DNA from: Pachysolen tannophilus NRRL Y-2460 | Lineage: Eukaryota | DNA: 64,000 nucleotides | Reading direction: 5' to 3' | Assembly: GCA_001661245.1 (NCBI GenBank) | Contig: KV454014.1 | Location: 1,084,892 to 1,148,891 of the forward strand | Translations under genes and position numbers: made by a program | Notes under the pieces: generated by a model | Database searches by the model: none | The model's input: the letters and a program-made list of their open reading frames with translations, nothing else | Told to the model about the DNA's origin: nothing | Shown: positions 45,167 through 56,112 of the stretch, piece after piece | How the letters are laid out: every line of letters starts with the position of its first letter | How positions within the stretch are numbered: position 1 is the first letter of the stretch

Positions 45167-46273
45167 ATGTCTGTTATTGAAAATACAGCTGTGTTATCTA
45201 AATATTTGGACCTTGACCAAAGAGGTAAGGTGATTGCCGAATATGTTTGGATTGATGCTTCGGGTAATACCAGATCGAAAGGTAAGACTTTAAATAAGAG
45301 ACCTACTTCTGTTGAAGAATTACCAGAATGGAATTTTGATGGTTCTTCTACTGGTCAAGCTCCTGGTTATGATTCTGATGTTTATTTAAGACCAGTCAAT
45401 TTTTATCCAGATCCATTTAGAAAAGGTGATAATATCATTGTATTGGCTGAATGTTGGAATAATGATGGTACTCCAAATAAATTTAACCATAGACATGAAT
45501 GTGCCAAATTGATGGAGGCTCATAAAGATCAAGAAGTTTGGTTTGGTTTGGAACAAGAATATACTTTATTTGATCATGATGATAATGTTTATGCTTGGCC
45601 AAAAGGTGGGTTCCCTGCTCCACAAGGTCCATACTACTGTGGTGTTGGTTGTGGTAAAGTTAATGCTAGAGATTTGATTGAAGCACACTATAGAGCATGT
45701 CTTTATAGTGGTATTAATATTTCTGGTATTAATGCTGAGGTTATGCCTTCACAATGGGAATTCCAAGTTGGTCCATGTGAAGGAATCGAAATGGGTGATC
45801 AATTATGGATGGCTCGTTACTTGTTGCAACGTGTTGCAGAAGAGTTTGGAGTCAAGATTTCTCTTCATCCAAAACCATTGCAAGGAGATTGGAATGGTGC
45901 TGGTTGTCATACAAATGTTTCTACAAAATCAATGAGAGTTCCAGGTGGTATGAAATATATTGATGATGCTATAGAAAAATTAGCCAAGAGACATAAGGAA
46001 CATATCGCATTGTACGGTACTGATAACGATATGCGTTTGACTGGTCGTCATGAAACTGCTTCAATGTCAACTTTTTCTTCAGGTGTTGCCAACAGAGGTG
46101 CATCAGTTAGAATCCCAAGATCTGTCGCTAAAGAAGGTTATGGATATTTCGAAGATAGAAGACCAGCTTCAAACATTGATCCTTACTTGGTCACCGGTAT
46201 CATGGTAGAGACAATTTGTGGTCCAGTCGAGAATGCTAACATGACCAAAGAATTTGAAAGAGAATCTTCATAG
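45167..46273 (+). CDS. GLN1: Glutamine synthetase
   Basis: [57 protein letters not shown]. Confidence 0.98.
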   Translation: MSVIENTAVLSKYLDLDQRGKVIAEYVWIDASGNTRSKGKTLNKRPTSVEELPEWNFDGSSTGQAPGYDSDVYLRPVNFYPDPFRKGDNIIVLAECWNNDGTPNKFNHRHECAKLMEAHKDQEVWFGLEQEYTLFDHDDNVYAWPKGGFPAPQGPYYCGVGCGKVNARDLIEAHYRACLYSGINISGINAEVMPSQWEFQVGPCEGIEMGDQLWMARYLLQRVAEEFGVKISLHPKPLQGDWNGAGCHTNVSTKSMRVPGGMKYIDDAIEKLAKRHKEHIALYGTDNDMRLTGRHETASMSTFSSGVANRGASVRIPRSVAKEGYGYFEDRRPASNIDPYLVTGIMVETICGPVENANMTKEFERESS

Positions 46274-46770
46274 AGTAATTTTTACTTAAATCTTAAGTTT
46301 GTTTTCGTTTTTAATACAAAAGAGAAAAAAAAAAAATAATTGAATTTTTTTTTAATCGTTATTTCTTTCTTTCCTATACTAAAAAATATACCCATCAAAA
46401 CCTCCACCTACTAACTTATAACTTAATATCTATCTATTATTATCTTTAAAAACTAATATAATAGCGAATAGTAATCGGCCAAATATTATTATTCTTATCT
46501 ATAACTTGCCCATATCAGCTCAGATTTTAACTCCCTACTTGATTTTAAACTTTTTTGGCCTAGAGCTTCAAGTCTGCGGGGTTAGATGGTCAAGTATCAG
46601 CAGTTTCGGCAAAAGTTGGCCGGCTGTATATTAAAAAATAAAATTTAAAGAATATGTCCATGTCCATGTCCATGTCTATGTCCTTATCTACATTTTAGAT
46701 CTTAGCTTATAGAGAGTATTAAACATTCAACTATATTTTATTATATATATATATATACATTTATTATATG

Positions 46771-48180
46771 CTAGTAATCATAGGGCAAAACTTCTTCATC
46801 ACCGTAATCTTCAAAATCACTTGTGTCTTCATCAGATTCAGAATCGTTATATTTAACATTTACTGGGGTTCTATTACTCGTTTGATGAATCAGCTTTACA
46901 AGATTGTCATTTGTACTTGCGATTGCAATTTTCTTGGCTAATTCTTGAAGATTTTCGTTTTCTTCTTCAAAATTTGTAGGTTTATAACTATTATTAAAAT
47001 TTGATTGAATATTATTGAAAATATTTTTACCTTTACTGAAAAATTCATTTTGAAATTTTTTACCATCGGAAATTAAATTGTTAGATATATCGTTTAAATC
47101 TTGTCTAATTTTTAAAATTGAAGGTTGTTTCTTAATAGTAGAATTGGATTGTTTAAAATCATTTATTTCAAATTTTTTAAAAGGTCCTTTATTGTTTGAT
47201 TTTTGAATATCAATGTTATCTTTAACTATTTCTGAATCACATGTTTCTCGCTTATCAACTCCAGATTCAAAAACATCATTATACTGATTGTAATTATTTG
47301 CTAAATTTGCTGATAAATTTAATATACTTTCTCTAGCTTTCAAAGCATGTGTCTTAATTGGAGAAGTAAAATTATGTTCTAAAGTAGCAGGCTTATTATC
47401 ATTTAACATTTCTTCGTCAATTGGTTGTAATTTTTTTTTAAATTCCGAGAGAGTGTGGTTTAACCCATTAGATAATAATGAGTTCATACCATTTTTATTA
47501 TTATGCAATCCTTGATGAAAATTTGATGGGTTTATCAAACAACATTTCTTAGTCAATAGAGACAATTCTTTTTCAGCAGCCGATAATTTATTCCTTAACT
47601 CCAAAACTTCTCTTTGCTTTGTGGCTAATTCAAAAAGTAAGTCTTCATCAGGGATTTCTTTAATGCATTTTTCATTCATTTCATTGTCAAAACCGAGACT
47701 AGGAATCTGGTCAATATGCTGTGTAGTTTCAGAAACAAAAGTTTCTATATTTCTTTCTGGACTACTATGAACTTCTTTTCTCTGTTCTCCAGAGGATCTC
47801 GTATCAACAGGAATATGGATAGGTAAACCTTTTCTTCTTGGAGATTCTTGAATTTGAACATCTTGTACCGGTTCAAAATTCTCATCTGTTGCTGTTGTCA
47901 ATATAGCAGTGTCGCTATTTGTCGCAGTGGCCCTTAAAGAAAACTTTACTAAACCTGTTGACTCACTAATGACTCGTTGTCTTATAGGTTTAATTGTCTC
48001 AATTGACTGTTTGACTCCAGAGCCATCCTGATTGTTGGATAAATTATTAACTGATAAAATGGATACAGATTTCTTGGTTTTCAATTTATTCGGAAATTTG
48101 GTCAGGTCCAGTGTTTGTATTACGTTTTCCTTGTCATTTGAAACAAAACCACTCCCTAAAGAGGACTCAGCAGAACTCAT
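46771..48180 (-). CDS. Hypothetical coiled-coil protein, possibly Tda11-like
   Basis: 469-codon ATG ORF, mostly disordered, with one coiled-coil segment LLFELATKQREVLELRNKLSAAEKEL. The family guess is from memory only. Confidence 0.55.
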   Translation of the reverse strand: MSSAESSLGSGFVSNDKENVIQTLDLTKFPNKLKTKKSVSILSVNNLSNNQDGSGVKQSIETIKPIRQRVISESTGLVKFSLRATATNSDTAILTTATDENFEPVQDVQIQESPRRKGLPIHIPVDTRSSGEQRKEVHSSPERNIETFVSETTQHIDQIPSLGFDNEMNEKCIKEIPDEDLLFELATKQREVLELRNKLSAAEKELSLLTKKCCLINPSNFHQGLHNNKNGMNSLLSNGLNHTLSEFKKKLQPIDEEMLNDNKPATLEHNFTSPIKTHALKARESILNLSANLANNYNQYNDVFESGVDKRETCDSEIVKDNIDIQKSNNKGPFKKFEINDFKQSNSTIKKQPSILKIRQDLNDISNNLISDGKKFQNEFFSKGKNIFNNIQSNFNNSYKPTNFEEENENLQELAKKIAIASTNDNLVKLIHQTSNRTPVNVKYNDSESDEDTSDFEDYGDEEVLPYDY

Positions 48181-49056
48181 TTCAATCTAAAATATGCAAT
48201 TAGAGAAAACAATAGATAATCTGCTGGATTTCTCCATTTAATATTGGTTGGCATATATATATATATACATGTCTTCTTATTGCAACTAATTACTTATCCT
48301 AAAAAGGAAATATAAAAACAAAAATTTTTCATTCTACATATTGCTTTATGCGACTATTTCCGTGTAGCTGAACCAATTTTTATTCTATTTACAAATATAT
48401 ATATTCGTCTATAAGTAAAGGGTAGATTGAAATTAAAAGAATTGACAAACTCATTGGCTGGAAGAAGTAACTCAGCCCTTTTAGTTTGGGGATGTAGATT
48501 GGATCTGGATTTGAAGAAGGGATTCAAAGGCTTATTATATGTGAATTATTTTTTTTTTTTTTTTTTTTTTTTAACTTACCTATCCTACGATCAATCAATT
48601 AATGGAAAGAGTCTCTTTAAATCAAAGATTCCCATTGAAGCTCATAACGGGTATCTTTTTCTTGGAAAATCAATATTTGATTATTTAGGAAAAAGTTAAT
48701 CGACTTTCGGTTTCAAAAGTGCCTACTATAAACTCTATTTATAGGAAAGAAGCCTTTGCAAGAGTATGAGCCACATATTGCTGGTTGTTCCTGTTGATTA
48801 ACTGGATGATGAAGTAAACTGGGAATAAGATTATTGGAATCCAAATAGATGCCCGGAAATACAGCAGATGCCATTGACAACTGCCATTTCATGTTGTGGG
48901 CCTATTTATCACCTTTGAGATGGTTAAAGCCACAGATTATCATATCTTCTGCTTTTCTGACACCACACTTTAAAAGTAGTTGTTTACCTATATATAAATA
49001 TAACTTTCAATAATTCAGCAAAGTTTTATGAAAATGTTGAAGGAATAATTTGAAAT

Positions 49057-50154
49057 ATGACGGTAGCAGACGTAGTTGTTGGTCCGAAGAAATGGGTTTC
49101 ACCAAAAGAAACAACGGAGAAACTAGATTGGGCAGATCTTACAGTGATTGATCTCAATGAATTTGATACACCAGAAGGAAAACAAAAATTGGCAAATGAA
49201 TTGAAAGTTGCTGGCAGCACTGAAGGTTTCTGGGCTGTTGTAAATAGTGGGTTTTCTGAAGAAGATATTTTTGAAATCTTCTCCTACGGTAGAAGTTTTT
49301 TTGAAGATTATTCAGACGAAGAAAAAAGTGCTGTAGAGGTAGATTTCACCACTGGAAACTATTTTGGTTTTAAAAAAAGAGGAAATAAAACTATGTTTGA
49401 TACCAAAATACCAGACAATTCAGAAATTGTTAACATTGCCAAGTTTACTAAGGATAATCGTTTCCTGGAATATCATAAGTTTAAATTTGTTGCAGAAAAT
49501 CAGGCGAAGTTGGAAGAAATTTCAAGAAAAAGCTTTGAAGTGATTAGAAAGTTGTTAATTTTACTTGCTATAGGGTTAGAGTTAGATGAAAATTATTTTG
49601 TTGACAGACATCTTTATGAAGATGCGAGTGATGATCTGCTTCGCTTTATGAGATACCATCCTCGTGCTGCTTCTGAAGACGCTAGAATTGAAAATACTTG
49701 GGCAAGAGCACATACGGATTTTGGAACGTTGACTTTACTTTTCAATCAAGTTGTGGCAGGACTCCAAATAAAGACCCCGGATGGATCTTGGAAATATGTA
49801 AAGCCAATTTCTGGGGGTGGTATCATTTGCAATGTAGGTGACACACTTAATTTCTGGTCAGGTGGATTTTTTAAGTCAACCATCCACAGAGTTGTCAGAC
49901 CACCAGATGATCAGGTTGGTGCTCCACGAATTGGTGCCTTTTATTTTCTTCGTCCTGGTGACAAGGCAAATGTTGAGATAGCACCTTCGCCCTTATTGAA
50001 GGAATTGGGTCTCTATAAAAAAGTATCGCCAGTTATTGGTACAGATTATGTCCGAAAGAGAGTCACAGATTATCATAATAGGAAAACTTATGCAAAGCAA
50101 AGTAATGTGAAATTCAAAGTAGGTGAATTTGAAATTGTTGACGGTTTTGATTGA
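49057..50154 (+). CDS. 2-oxoglutarate/Fe(II) dioxygenase (IPNS/DIOX-like)
   Basis: LTVIDL...GFWAVVN N-terminal motif, HTD, GLQI, NVGDTL, STIHRVV, distal Arg; TATA at 48991. Confidence 0.88.
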   Translation: MTVADVVVGPKKWVSPKETTEKLDWADLTVIDLNEFDTPEGKQKLANELKVAGSTEGFWAVVNSGFSEEDIFEIFSYGRSFFEDYSDEEKSAVEVDFTTGNYFGFKKRGNKTMFDTKIPDNSEIVNIAKFTKDNRFLEYHKFKFVAENQAKLEEISRKSFEVIRKLLILLAIGLELDENYFVDRHLYEDASDDLLRFMRYHPRAASEDARIENTWARAHTDFGTLTLLFNQVVAGLQIKTPDGSWKYVKPISGGGIICNVGDTLNFWSGGFFKSTIHRVVRPPDDQVGAPRIGAFYFLRPGDKANVEIAPSPLLKELGLYKKVSPVIGTDYVRKRVTDYHNRKTYAKQSNVKFKVGEFEIVDGFD

Positions 50155-50453
50155 AAATAAGAAGCTTTCTTCTAGTAAATTGTTTTTAAAACAATGTCAT
50201 TATATAGCGACTTCAACAAAAATAGTTCTTTACGTAAAAAAAAAACCCTTGGTTTTATGAAATATTAAAATTTAGATCTTGAAAAAAGGTTGATTATCTT
50301 TTAATAGATGGGAAACATCAGGCTATTAGGATGTAAGTTCGAATACATGGTGAAGTACTATAAGGTCAAATTTCTATAAATAAATTTAAGGAATATTGTA
50401 GTAAAGAAGTTTCATCAAAAAAGGTAAAAATATAAATAGAGATAAAATAAATA

Positions 50454-52890
50454 TTAAGCATAGTCAGGAATAGTTGACATGAAACTACTAACATCTGAAA
50501 ATGCACCCACAGAATCTATTTGGTCTATAACAACCAAAGCTTCATCAATAGAGTCAAAATAAGGACAAGGTTGTGAATAGATTGCAGGTGTCAAAGTATG
50601 CTCCTGAGAGTCATCGTTAAGTTGCGTTTTGCAGTCTTTATGTACTAAATATTCCAACACTCCAGAACTAGACAATCTTCCCCGTAATTTTTCATTATTA
50701 GGAACGCACAGAAAGAAAATTTTCAAACCCCTTTTAGAATAATTTCTTAAAACGTCGGTCAAGATTTGAATAGCTGAAGAGTCAATGCTCGTCATACCTT
50801 TTAGATGGAACACCACATATTTTGTGTCAGTCTTAATTTGGGTAGATGCTGGATGAATTTTGGTTGATCCGTATTTTAAAATCCTTCTTAACCTGGATCT
50901 TAAATCTTCTGCATTAGAAAATGTAAGAGGTTCAGGGATCTTGATGATAACACATCCTTCAACTCCTGCCAATGTCTGTTGGTGCAGATTTTTAACGGCA
51001 CTCAATAGTAACGAAGATTCTGTAACATTTTTCTTTCCTGTGTTTATCAAACGGCCTTCGTCAGCATTGATATAGTTATTAGTATTTGGAATTCTTCCTA
51101 ATATTTGAATCCTGGATTTTGTAGAATGTTTTATAACTCTGAAAAGTGAGTAACAAGTACCCAAGAGTATACCACAATCCATAGAGTAGAAAAAAGCAGC
51201 TAATAAAGTTACGAAAAAAGTTATGATTTCGTTATACCCCTTTGTCCTCAAGTGAAATTTCAAGTCACCAGGAGCTTCTTCCAATAGACTTAAACCAACA
51301 ACAGTGGTTATAATAGAGAGCACACAATTTGGAAGGTATTTCAAATTTTTCAAAAGAAAAAATATTGTGAATATGGTGAAGAGCGACATGAAACAACCTG
51401 AAGCACAAGTTTTGGCTCCTGACATGCCATTTATCTTAGATCTTCCATATCCACCAAATGCTGGTAAAGCACCAAACGCAGAACCAAAAAAATTTATGAC
51501 ACCTAAAGCAACCAATTCTCTATTGGATGAAATAGGAAGATCATATGCAGAGCCTAATGATTTTGAAGCTGTTGTTGATTCAAAAAAACCCAATACCGAA
51601 GACATAATACCGGCATTAACTAGAGTTTTAAAATATGGAAATTTAAATTCCTTATATGGAAATCTAAAATGGAAATCACCAGTATGGATTGAGCCAACCA
51701 CATCTATACCAAGACTTGACCAATCGTATTTATAAGAGCAAAATGTAGTTATAACAACAATAGTTAATATTTCAGGGAAAAATATGATTTTTTTAAAATT
51801 ACGAGCAAGCATTTGTCTTTTCATGAATCTAAGTAATAAAAGACTTACCAAACTGACAATACTTACAATTGTTGTGGGTTTATGTAATCGAGTCATATTT
51901 TCCATAAGAAACCATATTTTCTCGTAGGGTGTATGTGCATGTTGATCTGGTGGTAGATGTTCTAAAATTTTCTCTAAACCAAATTCACTAATTGATGAGT
52001 TTACAACCATTATAATACCTACTGCCGTGATAAATCCTCTTAAAAATGCTCCTGATAAGACATTATCTAAAAAGCCTAATCTTGCCAATCCAAAACCGAG
52101 CAAAGCTGCACCAGATACAAAACTGATTAATACCACTAAATCGATTGGATCCAATTCAGAATTATGAGTGATGATAGGTTCAACAGCTTGGCCAACCACC
52201 AAAGCAATAGCTGCCTCTGGGCCAACAATCATTTGTGGTACTGAGCCAAAAATTCCATAAATTAAAGGAGGAACTGCAATACTGTATAATCCACAAATTG
52301 GAGGGATATGAGCTATAGCTTTTGCATAAGACATAGATAACGGGATTTGAAATGATGCTAATGTTAACCCTGCAATCATATCACCTAACAAGATATTAAA
52401 GTTATAAGTTGGAAGCCAAGACATACATGGTAAATAGTATGGCACTTTCTGTCTCCATGAGAGTTTCGATGGGGGTAAAAAAGTATCATCTTGATTATCA
52501 GTCATATCTAACGTAACGAATGACCTAGCAGATTCTCCTTTAATAGTGGCATCATTATGAGTTGCCGATGAACTATAAAGACTTTGATTTTCATTTGAAA
52601 ACAAGGAAGAAGTTTCATTATTTGTTTGAGCAGTTGGTGAAAACAAGTTATTATTATGGCTACCATTACTACAACATTGACAATTGTTGCTTGAACATGT
52701 GGCACATCTATTATTTTTATTCAACGAACTTCTAAGAATTGGTACAGTTTTTGGCCGAGTGGGACTTAAATCACCAATTACAGTACCATTGTTCTTACTT
52801 ATACCGGCACTAGCATTAGTTGCTGGTCTCGTAAATGAAATAGTCGACAAAGTTGATCTTATTTTAGTTGTATTATTATTATTATTGTTA

Positions 52891-52936
<46 letters not shown>

Positions 52937-52946
52937 TCCTAGACAT
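50454..52946 (-). CDS. SulP/SLC26 anion (sulfate-type) transporter with STAS domain, YPR003C-like
   Basis: GDMIAGLTLASFQIPLSMSYA, GPEA, SNRELVALG, FGGYGRS, STAS segment KIPEPLTFSNA...MTSIDSSA. Confidence 0.88.
52872..52934 (-). repeat. (AAT/AAC)n microsatellite encoding a 21-residue poly-Asn tract
   Basis: Trinucleotide run at the start of the SulP ORF. Confidence 0.9.
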
Positions 52947-53285
52947 TCTTTATTGTTATTTTTCTTCTTCGCAAGTTCAGCATTCGGCTCTCCTATCCTC
53001 TCTTAGCCAAAACTTGAATCCCTACTTGATTTATAAATATATATATTGTTTAACTTTTCCCAAATTAATTTGTAGGTGTTCTTTATGAAAATACCGTTTG
53101 TTATTATTAAAAGAAAATGAGGTACGAAAATTGTGCTGCAAACCTACATAGTGTAGAGTTATCAAATTAAAATATTACAAATTGTCATATACATTATACA
53201 AAGATTAGGCTCAAATTGTAGAAGGAAAGGAATTTTCAATATTATCTATCTTTGAAGGTTCAACTTGAATCCAATTTCTTTATGT

Positions 53286-54311
53286 TTACCAGCCGCCTAG
53301 TTGAAATCCTCTTCCATCTCCATCATTACTATAGCTTTCATCAAAATCTTTTAGTTCAATTTCGTTATTGAAATGTTTTGCAGATGAGGGCAATTCAATT
53401 ATATCTTTTTTAAATTGATTGTCATTAGTGTTTATATATTTCTGGATATTGAATTTTTCAAAAGTTTCTTTATTCTTTGTATAAGGTAAGTAAGAGATCA
53501 ATTTTTCAGGTGTGGGTCCCAATACGATAAAATCATCATCAAATTGTGTTTTATTTTTATTATTATGTTTTATATTTTCTTCTTCTTGCAATTTTTGCAG
53601 TTCCAGTTGTAATTGAAGTTGATCTTGAGAATGAGAATGAGAATCATCTTCCAGTTCTGAATCTGAATATAATTCAGTATCTAGTACCGATGATTTTATC
53701 TTTAACCTTTTATGTTTTTCTGTATTACTAATTAGATATTTCACATAATCTTCAGGTACTTTAATAATTTTTGGATCAAAGTTTGTACTTGTTAATTTTT
53801 CTAATTCTAATTCATCTTGATCTTTTTTAATAAATGAAGAATCAAAAGTAGTAGTATCATTTGGAGCAGTTACAACATTAGCATTTGTTGAAGAGTTATT
53901 TATTTTCATTTTCAAACTTTCAATTTTTTTATTTCTGATATATGTGGCATTAGGTTTGGCAACAATCCTGGCTCTAGCAGGAATAGGTCCAAATACCCAA
54001 TCATCCAATTTTTCACAAAATTTATAATTATCAAGATGAATATCATAAACGTCCAATTTATTTGTAGGTCTTATTAATTTCAAATCATCCACCGCCTGTG
54101 AAATATCCTGTATTGTTATATTATCATCATCATCTCTAACTTTCGCTAAGCTTAAGCTTCTTGTTAATAATAACCCAAAGTGTCTTATGTATAAATCGGT
54201 TATTATATCAATTATAGAATTATTTGTCTTGGTGAAACCGACGGATCTAAGAATTTGAATAATTGATATTCTTAATAAACCCCTAAAAAAATTTTCCTTC
54301 GACGAAACCAT
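53286..54311 (-). CDS. TAF3: TFIID subunit Taf3 (histone fold)
   Basis: N-terminal FFRGLLRISIIQILRSVGF...DIITDLY...ITIQDISQA; adjacent to RET3 as in S. cerevisiae. Confidence 0.82.
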   Translation of the reverse strand: MVSSKENFFRGLLRISIIQILRSVGFTKTNNSIIDIITDLYIRHFGLLLTRSLSLAKVRDDDDNITIQDISQAVDDLKLIRPTNKLDVYDIHLDNYKFCEKLDDWVFGPIPARARIVAKPNATYIRNKKIESLKMKINNSSTNANVVTAPNDTTTFDSSFIKKDQDELELEKLTSTNFDPKIIKVPEDYVKYLISNTEKHKRLKIKSSVLDTELYSDSELEDDSHSHSQDQLQLQLELQKLQEEENIKHNNKNKTQFDDDFIVLGPTPEKLISYLPYTKNKETFEKFNIQKYINTNDNQFKKDIIELPSSAKHFNNEIELKDFDESYSNDGDGRGFQLGGW

Positions 54312-54729
54312 TTCAAGGCAAAATATCAGATAAAAATTGAAAAGCTATCAATCAATCAATAAATCTATCAATCTCTTTCTTTCGTTAAATATATATATAT
54401 ATATTTGTCATTGAAACCTTTTATTTATTTTGAGATGAAAACTAATTGATTGATGATAGAAGCCAAAAAAAAAAATGCGCACGTAATTGCCCAAAATGCG
54501 GTACGCACTTTAGTTTATACTTTCTTTGAACCGACAAGACTACAAGACTAAAAGACTACAAGAAGAAAAGTAAACGATGTGGTGCTATAGGTTGATAGAA
54601 AAACTAGTAGATATGGTGTTCCTATTATTTACAATTTTAATTTCTTTAAATGAAAGGTTTTATAAAAGCTTAAAAGATTTTTATTTTTTTTTTTTTTTTT
54701 TTTCAATAATTTTTAGAAAAATACTACAA

Positions 54730-55311
54730 CTATAAACCTTGTTGTAATTTCTCATTAATCTTAGATCTTGCAAATTGGAAAGCATTCAACAAACCCTTTT
54801 CGGATAAGTCAATTGTTTTCAATGAAGGAATATCTTGAGATGGAGCATTGGTAACTCTACTTGCAATAACAGCTGGGTCATATTCCAAGATAATTCCATC
54901 ATCCACTGTTTCATCAATTGCCAATGCCACAAGATCATAATTTTCTTGAACAGATTTTTGATCTATATTATTTTGCAAAACGATTTCTAAAGCAGCAGTT
55001 AACCCACTTAAAGTAGTTGATAATAATGATTCATTTTCTTCTAAACCTCCAATCATATATATGATAATATCCGAATATTGTTTATAAACAACAACTTGGT
55101 TTTCAAACAATATAATGTCACCACCAACTTTATAAGTCTTGGCAAATAAATTTTTCTCAAATGTCTTTTGATTCTTATCATTATTATACAATTTACTATT
55201 ATCTTCTAAAACCCCATGAGGTGGTTTAAAATATTTAGCATAAATCCTCTTACCCTCATTATCTAGTATCAAGGTCGAATTAATCGAATAAAGTGAAACC
55301 TGAGAGCTCAT
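54730..55311 (-). CDS. RET3: Coatomer zeta subunit
   Basis: MSSQVSLYSINSTLILDNEGKRIYAKYF, ENE, LAIDETVDDGIILE. The true start is the ATG at 55311. Confidence 0.93.
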   Translation of the reverse strand: MSSQVSLYSINSTLILDNEGKRIYAKYFKPPHGVLEDNSKLYNNDKNQKTFEKNLFAKTYKVGGDIILFENQVVVYKQYSDIIIYMIGGLEENESLLSTTLSGLTAALEIVLQNNIDQKSVQENYDLVALAIDETVDDGIILEYDPAVIASRVTNAPSQDIPSLKTIDLSEKGLLNAFQFARSKINEKLQQGL

Positions 55312-56112
55312 ACCGCCAACAAAAAAAAAAAAAAACAATTAAAACAATAGATGGCAAAACTATTTGATTAACCAATACCTACTACACAATTATTTATATA
55401 TATATACAATGAAATTATTCAACTTTTTGTACGTGTTGATTCAAAATTATGGACAAAAACATACGCAAAAAATTTAATGTTTTGCGCACTACTTTTTAAT
55501 TTTCTTTTCTCTTAACAAACAGCCATTAAAAATGGGTATTAAAAAGAAATAAATATGATGTTTAAAATTACAATTATATTGAGTATTAAATAAATTTATT
55601 GGTATGAATTTTAAAGAATATAAAGAGTAAGATATACTGAGAAACCAATTGATCTAAGAGAAAAAAAATAAAATAAATAGAACCTATATTTTTTGTACCT
55701 TTTTTTTTTTTCTTTCTTTTTGTCCTGCAAACTTTATGGGTCATTTTACTTAGCCGCACAGGTTGCCGAGAATGCAGACTAGGACCGGTGGAGTTGAAAA
55801 AAGACTTTTACTTGTTTTTTTTATTGATTGAATAGATGGATTGAATTGAGATTTTGAAAGTAAGATTGATTAGATCAGATTGAGTTTGTTGGAGTCCATT
55901 TTGAAATATTTAAAAGTCTTTTCATACTGTAATAATTAATAAATTTATTCCAATACATATATATCCACATATAAGTATATAAATATTATTTTAAATCAAT
56001 TAGTTGGTCTTTTTCTTTTTTTTCTTTTTTTTTTTTTTTTTTTTTTTGCTTCTTATTTTCTTATTTTTCTTATTTTTTCTTTTAATTTTGGATCAGTAAT
56101 TCTTGATTGAAA

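Noticed and set aside
55360..55464. Possible 5' UTR intron in RET3 (GTATGT on minus at 55464)
   Set aside because: No convincing branch point, and the CDS is complete from the ATG at 55311.
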